A stretch of DNA of 64,000 bases, from assembly GCA_951406725.2 (NCBI GenBank), contig OX597819.1, forward strand, positions 65,472,001 through 65,536,000, given 5' to 3'. The stretch comes from Octopus vulgaris. Taxonomy: Eukaryota. Below the pieces are notes generated by a model. It was not told the DNA's origin. It searched no databases and was given only the letters and a program-made list of their open reading frames with translations. Shown here piece after piece: positions 37,611 to 50,911 of this stretch (its first letter is position 1; each line of letters begins with the position of its first letter). The translations under genes were made by a program, and so were the position numbers.

Positions 37611-38989
37611 ATATCTGGATATGACAGGAACGGTACTTGTACACCTCAACACCCTTCAGTTTTCAGTACAATTACCTAGATGAAAACTTAATCTTAAATG
37701 TTTTGAGATATCCAAAACACTCCAGAATATTACTGCAACACAATTTTCTATATACTTTCCCACAAGCTGTCCAAATAACCATAAAAATAATCACATTTAC
37801 ACACAATTAGATCAAGCATCCATAGCATGTTTGCCTCCAAGTATTATGTTTTGATGTACTCTATCATTGATAAATGAATACTAAAACCAACTGTCAAGCT
37901 CTGAGCGAGACTACCATTTCTTCCTGCGCTCTGACAACACCAAAATCTAGAGATTTAGCGAAAGAACCTTGACAATAGAGAATGCAGAACACATCACTCA
38001 GCATCTATAATTCGCAACATGTTCGAATTCATGTTCTGAGTCTAAGAAAGCGAGATCTGAGATATATTTGAAAGAATGGATACATTGGTTGTTTGGCTGG
38101 GATCCTTAGCTGCGTGATCAGAGTTGATCTTGGAATATGCAATACCTAAAATAACAACAAAACATTGCCTGCTTCTCCCTTCGTTTCTGCATCAAATTTA
38201 AGAACTCACTCTTTATATAATTCTGTTTGTTCGATAATCGTTTTCACATAGAAACAAGGGAGAGATCACTACCTATTTAGCCATGTATTTATGTTAGATA
38301 TGTGTAAGACAAAGACAGACAAGGAAACAGCGAACGTACCCTAAATACCATACAGTATGTGTTTAACTTCTATAAATTCAGTATTATATACAACAGACAT
38401 TGTTTAGTTGATTGTATATTTTCTGAAATATGTTTGCAGATGTAAATGATATATGTTATACTTTCCTTGGGGTATATACATTTCATTGTTATTATTAATA
38501 TTTAATATCTCGTTGTAGACTTTTACACATATATTTATTAGTCTATTTCAGCAGACGTTATTAATGAAACTTTGTTCAAATCTATTACGTCGAAGTTTAA
38601 TAGTTTTAATTATCTCAAGTTTATCATAAATTCCAGAAATTAGTTATTCTATGTCTGTAGAATCCGTATGCCTACTTGAGACACAGCTACCCAGGGAATG
38701 TTCCTCTTTAAGACCAAGTGCTGCGCAAGATTTTTTTTTATGAAAGTGCGACAGTTACCCAAGTATTGTAGGCGTCCGTTTCCATGCCACAAATATCGTT
38801 TCACGAAGATCATCTCTCCTCCCTTCTCCAGACACAGCCACACACCCATCCAGCACAGTGTTCATCATTTACAAACTTTGCTACAAACCAAGAAACTACA
38901 AGTAACACCTAAAAAATACGATTAAATTCTTCCTCTTTGCAGAGTATCCAGTGCAACCAGCTATAAACTTCAACCTCATAAATTCAACG

Positions 38990-39170
38990 TAACACATAGA
39001 GACGACGAACATGTTAGGAGCTACAGTAATTCACATCACATATAGTAGAAGATGCAATGGAGAAAGCAAAACGACATGGAAATATATTTAGAGCAATTCG
39101 ATGCATCACATTTAGGACACACATTGAAAAGGCTACGCTTGATGTATCGCCAATATATCAGATCTATTAA
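38990..39170 (+). mobile_element. I/Nimb-clade LINE RT remnant
   Basis: KAKRHGNIL / EQFDASHLGHTLKRLRLMYRQYIRSIN resembles K..RLNILK.L....WG....L...YK..IRS...Y. Confidence 0.55.
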
Positions 39171-39171
39171 C

Positions 39172-39553
39172 GCGGCGAGCTGGCAGAAACGTAAGCAAGC
39201 GGACCAAATGCTTAGCAGTATTTCGTCTGCTGCTACGTTCTGAGTTCAAATTCCGCCGAGGTCGATTTGCTTTTCATCCTTTCGGGGTCGATTAAATAAG
39301 TACCAGTTACGCACTGGGGGCAATATAATCGACTTAATCCGTTTGTCTGTCCTTGTTAGTCCTCTCTGTGTAGAAAAGAAATAGGTATTTCGTCTGTCTT
39401 TACGTTCTGAGTTCAAATTCCGCCGAGATCGACTTTGCCTTTCATTCTTTCGGGGTCGATAGATTCTGTACCAGTTGCGTACTGGGGTCGATCTAATCGA
39501 CTGCCCCCACCTCTCCAAAAAATTTCGGGCCATATGCCTAGAGTACAAAAGAA
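39172..39553 (+). mobile_element. SINE family B dimer
   Basis: Full copy with a GTCTGTCCTTG tail, then a 5'-truncated copy with a different tail. Confidence 0.92.
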
Positions 39554-39959
39554 TATATCAGATCCATTATCCATCACAAAGACAATGTTGCCTAATGAGT
39601 GGCACAAGTGCCGGCGCTGACAAATTCAAAATGTATTGAAAAAGAACGGATAACAGTAAGTGGAAACTCGCTACGGGGCGAGCAGATAGGATAAATCTTT
39701 AGAGGAAGAACCTCCGTCACTCAAGGGATTTGGCCGGTCCGTTAGTTCCCAACAATATCAAAGAGCCGGGACTACATAGGTCATGACCCCTAGGTGTCTA
39801 TCTTGCTTCTCAAGCAACTGTCTTTGACATGAATTGAAACCGCGTCATTCAGATGATCTCATTTCCTTGAACTGTGGGGTATATTACATTGAAAGTGATT
39901 GCATTGTGGATTCGTTTAAAACCGGGGTTTTCGTCATTTTCTCTTTAGATGCTTGCAGT

Positions 39960-40235
39960 ATCCCATTGCAACTGCTGTTCTTGCTTTTTTCTCCCCACAG
40001 CAACGTTGAGTTCTTCTTAGCTGTCTCTGACAGGCGTTTCATTGTCAGTTCTTTTGCGCCCATCGATATCTAGTTGAGCGCGTAATTGTCACAAACTCGC
40101 TGTTCAGCTCTTTCACAAGGTCATTATAATTCTTCGTTTATAATGGCGATGCTCCTCTACTCCGGTTATCATAAAGGCCTGTCAGTTGAACTAAAATAAT
40201 CTGGCAACTGATTCCGACAATATCTGACCCTCACA
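39960..40235 (-). mobile_element. HERO/NeSL-like RLE-domain remnant
   Basis: SDIVGISCQIILVQLTGLYDNR / KNYNDLVKEL / MKRLSETAKKNSTLLW resemble PDIV...ELTVPWE.R, KY.ELV and LSEAAE..S.WLW. Confidence 0.55.
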
Positions 40236-41393
40236 ATTTTGCCAAATCACCGCCCTGGGTTAGCACTTCATCTTATCGACGTTGGAAAGAGGAAAAATAA
40301 ATTTCATCTCAGTGAGCTCTGAATCAGAAACTAAGAAAACAAGACTAAACAACTCTTTTATAGCGCAAGTTGCCTGTTTAATCATTTGTATGGGCAGCTA
40401 GTGAGAGACGTTTATATCAAACACAGATGGATAACAATATTAATGGAGGCGCTGGATTTAATGTATTTACATTTTTTTATTTTGATCTACGTTTCCGCGT
40501 TCGAATAAATCCTAGATTGAGAATACCTTTTTATTACTGATAGTTCGATAACATATCTATCAATTGTGGCAATCGATTAGAGGAAACAATAACCTTCTCA
40601 CTAAATCTATGTTGCTTAATGGCACCAATATAAAAACAAAAATAAAAAAGAAATCATTGTCATCCTCATCAGACAGTGAATTGACAGAATCAGTGAAACA
40701 ATTCCAGGTAAATGCCTTGCGCTTCTTAGTTACATTCCATTTCATTTCTGGTTTTATATCATACCGTGATCGATTTTGTGTTTTATCCTTCTGGAAAACG
40801 ATAAATATATATGCGAGGTCAAGCACTAGATCGATTTAATCGATTTGTCCTTCCTTAAATATGATGATAACGTCGTTGCTATGTTATAAATCAATGTTAT
40901 CTGGAATTAATTTGATGGGATTTTTTTTCCTTAGGGCCTATTACCCTAGTATTATGTTCACTGCTTCAGTAACAACTTAAAATGTCGAGTTTTCTTCCAT
41001 CTTAAATATTTTTTTATCCCTTCTATTTACTTAAAGCAACGGCACTTCGCCATTTTCTGTCTCCCACGATACACCATTTTTCTCGTTCGATATACATTCT
41101 TTTCAATTAATCAATCATTTTCCTCATTTTACGGGCATATATAAACCCTACTAAGAAGTAATTTAACGGTCATTAAGTTTCTAGTTCTTTCTATTTAAGC
41201 CAACATTGATATTTTATTCTGCTTAGTGATGCCTCCAAATCACTCCAAAGTAGATCCATCCTACATTTTAAAGTATAGGAAGTGAGTTTTGCCATTTAAT
41301 TTAAAAGGTTAATGTTTTCTTAGCAAAATAAGAAGTTTATTTATGATAGTTGCCTTCATCGGATCTGCTTATATTTTACTAAACGTATATAGC

Positions 41394-41451
<58 letters not shown>

Positions 41452-42270
41452 CCTACATAACTACCTACCGACCTACCTACCTAACTATCTACCTACTTGC
41501 ATACACACATACGCATATATAGATATATACACGGGTAGGAAAGGAAAGGGTCATAAATGGATAGATAGATATATGGTTGCTTGAGAATATATTTGGCTAG
41601 TAATACCACTTAAGATTCAATTAGTATTCATATTTTCCGTAATAAAAACCAATCTCTTTTCAAACCTCCAGTTCTATAAATACTTTAACTGAAGCCATGT
41701 AATAATTTACGTAATGATGTGTAAAATTTCTTCATTCTTTGCAAATATTTCTCATATTTACAGAGAGGTTAATTTTTCCTTACAATGCCGGTCTTTAATT
41801 ATATACTTACCTTTAACCATTCCTTGTTGGGGAGTTGAATGTAACATCTCTAGCACAACATCCAGCCTTATAGCTCTGTTGCGGCAGCACAGTCTAACTA
41901 ATTGTTAGTGTCACTCCACCCCACAGGACACCCTTCACTAATCGATATGTCAGACGCCCTTGATTATTTTCCTGCTTCAGACTCAGTATGAGCAGCTGAC
42001 ATATCGTTCGACTCCCGTCTAATCGCAGCTTCCTAACACAGATGCAAGTAATGAAGAACACAAAAGTAGTTCCCTACCTCCAAGATCCTTTGACACTTCA
42101 GATCAGTAACCTGGTTCGTATTTCACCGACTTGACGTTTGCTATTCCTGGAATCACATTAATGTTAGACTGATCCACTCTTGACAGCGATTAAGACCACT
42201 GAAGCCATCTGGCATATTTCTCTACGATCTTCAGGTAACCAAGTCTCATAACCCACAAAGGGTAAACCCA

Positions 42271-42486
42271 TAGATGTAGGAGTGGCTGTGTGGTAAGGAT
42301 CTTGCTTACCAACCACATCGTTCCGGGTTCAGTCCTACTGCGTCACACCTTGGGCAAGTGTCTTCTACTATAGCCTCGGGTCGACCAAAGCCTTGTGAGT
42401 GGATTTGGTAAACAGAAACTGAAAGAATCCCGTCGTATATATGTGTATATATATGTGTATGTTTGTGTGTATGTGTGGTTGTGTGT
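42271..42486 (+). mobile_element. SINE family A, head half
   Basis: Head through the central microsatellite, where it is interrupted. Confidence 0.9.
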
Positions 42487-42872
42487 CTTGTTTCAGTCAT
42501 TTGACTGTGGCCATGCTGGAGCACCACCTTTAGTCGAGCAAATCGACCCCAGGACTTATTCTTTGGAAGCCTCGTAGTTATTCTACCGGTCTCTTTTGTC
42601 GAACCGCTAAGTTACGGAGACGTAAACACACCAGCATAGGTTGTCAAGTGATGTTGGGGAGACAAACACACACACACAACCATATACACCCACATACATA
42701 CATATATACATACATGCGATGGGCTTCTTTCAGTTTCCGTCTACCAAATCTACTCACAAGGCTTTAGTCGACCCGAGGCTATAGCAGAAGACACTTGCTC
42801 AAAGTGCCACGCAGTGGGACTGAACCCGGAAACATGGGGTTCGTAAGCAAGCTACTTACCACACAGGCACTC
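42487..42872 (-). mobile_element. SINE family A, full length, inverted against the previous copy
   Basis: Reverse-complement full element. Confidence 0.93.
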
Positions 42873-42885
42873 ATATATTTTTTTC

Positions 42886-42922
42886 CTAAAATTTTCGATG
42901 CGTCTTGCAACCTTTTCAATAG
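42886..42922 (-). ncRNA. Minimal hammerhead-like motif, U3-A8 variant
   Basis: Minus strand reads CUA UUGAAAA G GUUGC AAGAC GCAUC GAA AAUU U UAG. One helix II mismatch; helix I is only 3 bp. Confidence 0.5.
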
Positions 42923-43291
42923 TCAAAGACTATAGGTTAAATAATAAGACACTAAATGTGAAAGACCAAATTATTATTAGTTATTTTGGTGGGGTTTTTT
43001 TTTGCATTTATCTCTGATTTAAGTATTAAATTAATTCATCTATAATATTCATTCCTTACTTTTCCTTCATTTTTGCATGTTACATATTTGATTCATTGCT
43101 TAATTCAAAGTGCTTTTCGGAGACACAATGCTACTTTTTTTTACCAAAATATTCGTTGCGATTTACCTGAGATCTCTTATTTTAGATGAACCATTTATTT
43201 CACGTAATCTCGTTTGTTATTTAACATTACTGCAGTGTTTTTATTATTTTTTTTCCAGTTGTTTCATAGCGTTATTTTGTTGTTGACTTCA

Positions 43292-43480
43292 AAGGCGGCG
43301 AGCTGGCAGAAACGCTAGCACACCGGGCGAAATGCTTAGCGATCTTTCGTCTGTCTTCATGTTCAGAATTCAAATTCCGACGGGGTCGGCTTTGCCTTTC
43401 AACCTCTCAGATTTGATAAATTAAGTACCGGTTGCGTGCTGTTGTCGATCTAATCGACTGGTCCCTTCCCTCAAAATTGT
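43292..43480 (+). mobile_element. SINE family B
   Basis: AAGGCGGCGAGCTGGCAGAA head and core. Confidence 0.9.
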
Positions 43481-44313
43481 AGTTCTGCTTTGGTATATCT
43501 TCGGTCACTCTTGCGTTATGCTTTGGTTTGTGCGGTTTCCTCATCTGTTTCGTCTGTGTGGAACGTCTGTGTGGAACCCAATACTTTTCAGTTTAGTTAT
43601 TCTGAGATCAATACTTATCTTTTAGTAATATGTTATTTCATTTAATTGTTTTATTTCAATTTTTGATTACCTTTTCCTTATTCTGAAAAGGTATTTCCTT
43701 AAATTAGCTACTTTGTCGTATACTCTCGTATTTTCGCTTTAAGGGTAGAACACCGTTGCAATATAAACATGAAGAACAGAAGCATATTCTTTCATGTCTA
43801 CGTATGTTTTCTCGTATTATTTGCGAGGCATCAGGATTAACGACCAGGCATTTATTTTATTTGTCATCACTTTAGCCAGAAACCGGAGTATCCGTTTCTG
43901 ATACTGGAAGATTTTCCAGGGGTACGTTTTCGTACTTAAAATAAATTCAAATTACTCTATTCCCGTTTATTAGACTTGGGCTGAAGTATTATTTTGAATG
44001 CTTTCCCTTTATTTATTTATTTAGTTTTCTATTTGACTGAACGGGACGGAGGTGTTCTGTTGTTGATAAGAGCCCTATTCCAGCGATCAAGTTTACACGT
44101 GTTCACAAAAATGTTGAATATTTTAATCTTTTCTAATACATCATTTATGTGTAGCAAATAGAAAGGAAATATTAATGAGTATTACACATATATCACAGCA
44201 TTTCCTATGTGATTTTTCGATTGCCTTTGTCAGTATTTTGGGTTTTCTTTCTCGATCTTAGGGGATAAATTTTGGAGTAATATTGTAGCCTTTTCGCACG
44301 TTAAACGTTTCCC

Positions 44314-44314
<1 letters not shown>

Positions 44315-44379
<65 letters not shown>

Positions 44380-44413
44380 GTTGTTGTTGCTGTTGTTGTT
44401 GTTGTTGTTGTTG

Positions 44414-44494
<81 letters not shown>
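44315..44494. repeat. (TTA)/(TTG) microsatellite
   Basis: Seen directly. Confidence 0.95.
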
Positions 44495-44495
<1 letters not shown>

Positions 44496-45027
44496 GTGAG
44501 AGAGCAGTGCATGCCATCAAAACGACACTGAGGTAAAATATACGAAGCCCAGTATACCTATCATGAGTACCCGTCTGATAAGGGTACACCAGGCACATGC
44601 ATCACAACCATATGTGCGCACCATGGTGATCTCATATCAAGATAAACAGCGCATGACCTTGCAGGTCGGACCCAGCTAGAATTTTCTTCTGGTCGAGTAG
44701 CCCATCCCGCTCAAAAGATCCTTGAATAAAGGTTGTTTAGGGATGTTGAAAAAACCACCCATGTTTGGTGAATCATCCAAACCTCCAAGAATACTTTTCA
44801 ACACACGGCTATGATGCTCCCCCACTACTTCCGCTCGTGATCAGAGATGCACATATCGTCAGCCACTAAGGGACATGCTCAACCGGTTAAGGTCAAACAG
44901 CTGACAAGCAAATCTGTGGTATTGAGCATAATATTTGTTGTAACCCGTCTTTTATATCATGATAACACTTCCAATCAGTAAAGATCAGAAGCTATGAGAG
45001 CCACTGTCTGGTACTGCATCAGGGCAT
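44495..45027 (-). mobile_element. About 530-bp non-coding insertion between (TAA)n tracts
   Basis: Sharp-edged, higher-GC block with TAA repeats on both sides and no ORF. Mobility is inferred. Confidence 0.55.
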
Positions 45028-45882
45028 TTATTATTATTATTTTTATTTTTATTATTAGTAAAAAGGCAGTGCGTGACAGAATGGTTCGCGCGCTGGGATT
45101 AATGCCTAGCGGCATTTCGATATCCATACATGCATGCATGGATATATACATAGGTACGTACGTGCATACATACACAAGCACACGCACACGCTGACACGCA
45201 TGCACGCATATACACACACACACACACACACACATACACGCAACAGCATATCAGGCAAACAAACGCGGCCTCTATAACGGAATAAACCAATAGTCATCGA
45301 AAAGGTTGCAAGAAGCAACGAATGAATTTTGACAAACAAAAATAAAACAATCGGATATTTAATCAATTGATGAATCATGAATGAATGGAATTAAACCAGT
45401 GTGTGGGGGGTGAGTGGAGGTGTTTATTATATTGGCATAATGATTCTGCATAGATACAACAAAACTTGTTTCAACACACGAATTCGCATAAAGAATCTTG
45501 TAAACCTGATATAGAAACGAAGTTGTTGTTGTTGGCGGTGGTGGGTGGTGGTGGTGGTGGTGGTGGTGGTGGTGGTGGTGGTGGAGATAGTGGTGGTGTT
45601 AAGGCAGAATCTTTACGGCGCTGGAATAAATGCTTCGTTGCATTTTTTTTTGTTTTGTTTCTGCTTCAGGTTTTGAGTCGAAATTACTATGAGCTCGACT
45701 TTATACTTACGGGGACAGATGTAGTTGACTTTCCTTAGAAAATGCTAGTCATACAAATTAGAAAGAATAACAGCAACAACAACTACTACTACTGCTACTA
45801 CTACAACTTCTACTACTACAACAACTACTACTACTACTACTATACTACTACTTCTACCAGTACTACTGCTGCTGTTACTACT

Positions 45883-45935
<53 letters not shown>

Positions 45936-46324
45936 TCTGCGATAGTGTGTGTATTCGAATCGGCTGAGATTTAACGAACAAGATCTTAAGTAGATTTCGT
46001 CTGTCTACTTCCCCAATAGTTGCGCCAAGCCAGTTCTTTCCCCGTTATCTTGTATCTTACAACGTTCCACCAACACAACACAACACAATCGGTTTAGCTT
46101 CAAAGAAATTATCAAAGACCATTTTTACCGCTAGCACTTTGGCCACGATGTGTTTGCTACAAGGCATTTTTTGTTTACTAACCCATTCTCTCGCCCTATC
46201 TCAGTTAATAATCTTCAGAGCTTACAACTTTAGTAACACTAATAGATTCCCTGCTTAAGTTAGTATTTTATCTAACGTGATTCCGCCATCAATCGTTTAC
46301 TTTATTTATGTATGGCTTTCCTCT

Positions 46325-46767
46325 TTCATCTTGTCCTTGTTTTAGTCATTAGACTGTGGTCATGCTGGAGCACTTATTCTATTTTAACGCCAGGTACTTA
46401 TTCGAGCGGTCTCTTTTGCCGAAAACAAAAAAAAACGACGGGAACGTAAACACACCTATACAGGATGTCAAGCGGTAGCGAAGGACGAACACAGACACAA
46501 AGACTTGTGCACACAGATATATATATATGTGAGTGTACGTGTGTGTGTGTGTACGTGTGTGTGTATGTGTGTGTGTGCGCGCGTGTGTGTGTGTGTGTTT
46601 GTGTGTGTGTAAGACAGTATGTGTCTACCAAATCTGCTCACAAGGCTTTGGTCGACACGAGACTATAATAGAAGACACTTGCCGAATTTGTCACGCAGTG
46701 GGACTGAACCTGGAATCATGTGATTGAGAAGCAAACTTCTTACCACACAGCCACGCTTGCACCTATA
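46325..46767 (-). mobile_element. SINE family A, diverged
   Basis: Reverse-complement head and tail. Confidence 0.88.
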
Positions 46768-47277
46768 ACGTTTTTGTTTTTCTTTCCTGTGTCCCAGAAC
46801 TCTGGTCACTGGGTTTCAACGAGGTGTGACTGAGATTACAACATTCTTCATGAACAGAGCGCCAGCCCATTGCTGGATTCAAAGCCAGCAATTTGGATCT
46901 GGCAAATCGATCCCATCCACCTCCAGTACATCACTGGTACTTCATTTGATCGATTTCGAAGAGTGGGATAAAAGCCAAAGGTGATTCCGCTAAGTTTCGA
47001 ACTCTGAATGTAAAGAGACCGAAGAATTGCCAGCTCATTCCTTTTATTACCCATTATAAATACCATGAAATGTAGTGCCTCTTAGAGGTTATGTAATCTG
47101 CAAGAAATAGAAGCCAAACCTCCCTACAATCATATATTCGTCCCCTACATCAAATGAAAAATCACATTAGATATAATGTAACTTCGGTTCCCTGCATGCA
47201 AGAAAAAGTTTCTTTCGTCAGCGTTGAACGCTTTAATTTACATTGATGACAGATCAGAAAAGACTTACCCTAAATAC

Positions 47278-47509
47278 CTATTTCTTTACTACCCACAAGG
47301 GGCTAAACACAGAGGGGACAAATAAGGACAGACACATGGATTAATCGATTACATCGACCCCAGTGCGTAACTGGTACTTAATTTATCGACTCCGAAAGGA
47401 TGAAAGGCAAAGTCGACCTCGGCAGAATTTGAACGCAGAACGTAACGACAGACGAAATATGGCTATGCATTTTGCCCGGCGTGCTAAAGATTCAGCCAGC
47501 TCGCCGCCC
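47278..47509 (-). mobile_element. SINE family B, full length
   Basis: Reverse complement of head, core and CCCCTTGTGGG tail. Confidence 0.92.
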
Positions 47510-47917
47510 TAAATACCATGAACAATAATTACTGTATTTAATGGTATAAAAGACTGATGGCCTTATACGATGCGTCTCAAGTTCAGCAGTGTGTATTCAG
47601 GGAAAGAGCTTCAACGGCAATATTAGTTTATGGAAGGCATAACTTCATATATTGGACCAAGGGTGATTTTATTTTATTTATTTATTTTTTCATTTATTTC
47701 TTTTGAGATACTCTATTGGAGAAAAAAGTGCTTCTAATATACTGTCAAATTCCGTAACGTAATGTGTTATTCCAGTATGGCGAGTTTAGAAATCTTATTT
47801 CGATTGAACAAATGATAGATACCTTTGCAATTCATGTCGCCATTTTGTGTTTAACATAAACAATAGAATCAATTGTTATTCAATAAAGTACTTTTAATTT
47901 TTATTCTACATGCTGAT

Positions 47918-48285
47918 CATAGGCGCAGGAGTGGCTGTGTGGTAAGAAGCTTGCTTCCAAACCACATAGTTCCGAGTTCAGTACAACTACGTTGCATCTT
48001 GGACCGACTAAATCTTTGGGAGTGGATTTGGTAAACGGAAACTGGAAGAAGCTCGTCGTATATATGTGTGTGTGTTTGTGCTCCTACAAGGAATGTTTGT
48101 ACTCATACAACCGATGTTCGTGTGTTTACGTCCCCTTAATTTAGCGCTTCAACAAAAGAAATCGATAGCATACGTACTAGGCTTAGAAAGAATAAGTCTT
48201 TGGGTCGATTGGTTCGACTAAAGGCGGTGCTACAGCATGGCCGCAGTCAAATGACAGAAGCAAGTAAAAGAAAAAAACAAAGAAT
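47918..48285 (+). mobile_element. SINE family A with internal deletion
   Basis: AGGCGCAGGAGTGGCTGTGTGG head through CAGCATGGCCGCAGTC tail. Confidence 0.9.
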
Positions 48286-48639
48286 GTAGCTATATTAGTG
48301 GGTGAAATGCTGTTTTGATATTTAATAAGAAAATAACCATTAACCTGCAGCTATTATTTTGTGGAGAATTTGGCTTTATTGAACAGTTGCTGGGAGGAAA
48401 CTGAAAAAAGTGTTAAGGAAAGGAATGGGGCAATCATAAAAATAGTATTGCAAAGCGCAAGGCTAGATTATTTTTGGAATATGTTGCAACTTTTGTAATA
48501 ATCATCGTTGTTGGTGCTATTGGCCGATAGCAGCAGTGAACTTTTGTAGAAAGAACAGTTGCTTTTATTGGTGTCTGTTTTCTTCTTCCATCCGCTGTTC
48601 TTTCGGTACTTGAAACTGATTTAATTTCCAACCATTTTA

Positions 48640-48855
48640 AGGTGGCAAATTGGCAGAATCGTTAGCGCCTGAGACACAATAGTTACTGCATTATCTTCTA
48701 GCTCTTTCGGTTCTTAATTCATACACCGCGGAAATCAACTTAGACTTTCATTCCTAATGGGGTAGATAAAATAAAATATCAGTCAAATATGGTCGGTGAA
48801 ATCAAATGACCTCCCCCACTTAAAAATTGCTTGCTTTGTGCCAAAATTTAAAACT
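48640..48855 (+). mobile_element. SINE family B, diverged
   Basis: TGGCAGAATCGTTAG head and GTGCCAAAATTT tail. Confidence 0.7.
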
Positions 48856-49428
48856 ACTGTCTCTACGTCTTGCTCCTATTGTTATTATAGATTATTCTAT
48901 TGATATTGTTGTTGCTGCTGGTAAACTTGTCACGCATATTAATTTTTCGCTATTGGCCACTTGGCTTTTTCCTTTTGTTTCGACACGCTCTTTTGTTTTC
49001 TCATGAGACATCAAAATACGAAGTGTCTCGGTTTGAGGTTATAATTGCGGATTACACTTGGCTCATGTCGACATCATTATTTCCTTTCATATCTGTGACT
49101 CTTATGTGATAGCCAAAACGTGTAGCATTTTGGTTTATTAGTTTCAATCATCACCGGTATTTTCTTAGAAAGATTAACAAATATTTTCGTGTGCAACAAA
49201 CACTTAGAAGACCATGGACGTCCTTGACCAGTTTTCCTATACAGTATATTTCAGTTTTACGACCTTAGTTTCTTCAGCTTTTGTCATAACTCTGGATTGG
49301 ACTCTGTAATTTCACTTAGCTCACAATCAGGTTTCAATCTCACTGTATCATGCTGAGTGTTGTGATCACAAATTTTTATGAGCTTCCAAATTTAGTATAG
49401 TCTTTATGTGACTCTTATTCCCTGTAAG

Positions 49429-49460
<32 letters not shown>

Positions 49461-49489
49461 CACGCAATAATTTCTTGCTGTTTTCTTAC

Positions 49490-49646
49490 CTTCATGCATT
49501 TGACAATCATTATTTTTTTCTGCTTCTGCTGGAGCGGATAATTCAGTTATCCTACTTTTTTTTCGGTTCGTACATCTGTAAGAAACTGTTGTTCTGGTGA
49601 TGTCGCTAACTTCTTTTACTGACAACGCCATGACACCGGATCGCAT
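49490..49646 (-). CDS. Candidate coding exon (start at ATG 49646, or acceptor at 49575)
   Basis: Strong donor GAAG|GTAAGA. Open frame MRSGVMALSVKEVSDITRTTVSYRCTNRKKSRITELSAPAEAEKNNDCQMHE. Ends in phase 1, compatible with the exon at 32752-32812. Confidence 0.42.
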
Positions 49647-50911
49647 ATTGTCAACCTTAATCTATTCTGTAGCCTCGCTTTCACCTTCAAGTGAATTTTG
49701 GGACCACGTATTTGCTGAGTTAGCAATTAAAGGAGAATTCGTAGCCACTACGCTAGTGTTGTTGTTGTTGCTGTTGTCGTTGTTGTTACTGACATTGATT
49801 TTCTTGCATTCGTTGTTCGCCTCTGCGGTTGTAGTTAAGTTGTTGTTGTAGGAGCTGCTTTTGTTCTTTATGTTATTGCATTCAATGATAGATTGCGGTA
49901 TTTCAGAAGGATTGGTTCAATGCTTTCCTTGACATTAATAATAATGGTTTGCTTTATATAACATAAAAATAATTATATTATGAAAAAGACCAACAATATC
50001 AATTCTGGCAGGAACAAAGCAGCGATAACAATAAATAGAAAATGAACTTAGATTATGAAATATGGTGAAAACAAAAGCTGCATTTTTGAAGATTCTTTCG
50101 AAAACTTAAACGTTCGTGTATGGAATTCATTAAATATTTTGAACAAAAATGGACGCCATCTTGCTTATTACATGGTATCTTTTAACAACTTCAATGAAAT
50201 GATATATTTCTATAGTCATTAAAATACACATTAACTAAGCGCAGGTATAAGTAAACGAAAATATATGGATAGATATGTATCTATGTATGCATGGTCGTAC
50301 ATATACAATCACACGTACAAACACACGCAAACACGAACTAATAGACAGATAGATATGTAAAAGAACATATGCAAGGGAACGTATGTATCTGTGTAATGTG
50401 TATGTGTACATATATTTGTGTATGTGTACGTCTATCTGTCTGTTTGTATGCATATATTTGCAAGTATTTTGTATATTCACATGCAGACGGCTGTGTATGT
50501 ATATGTACGTGTGTGTATGTCTGTATGCACGGATGCATGTTTATGTACACGTATATGTTTTCATGTGCGATTATGCACGAGAATTTTTGCGAACAAGTTT
50601 AGGAACAAATTTACAGGCAGGTGTTTAATAAATATACATTTATCTACACTGTGCAAAGAGACAACACGGATAAACAACAGGCCATTTTCTGCAAAGCGGA
50701 TCAACTAGTTTTAGAAGTGTTTACTTCATTTGAATTGCAATGAGGGTAAAAGGAGATGGTGGCAGAGAGAGAGAGACAGACAGACAGACAGATAGATAGA
50801 GAAGTGTTTATGTAGTGAAGGAAATAATAATCTCTAGGTTCGGGCTATTTATTAAAAATGCAAAATACAAGTATTACATATAGTCAAACACATATATACT
50901 TGTATATATAT

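Noticed and set aside
41820-42260. Possible LINE AP-endonuclease relic (LVGELNV)
   Set aside because: A single weak motif only.
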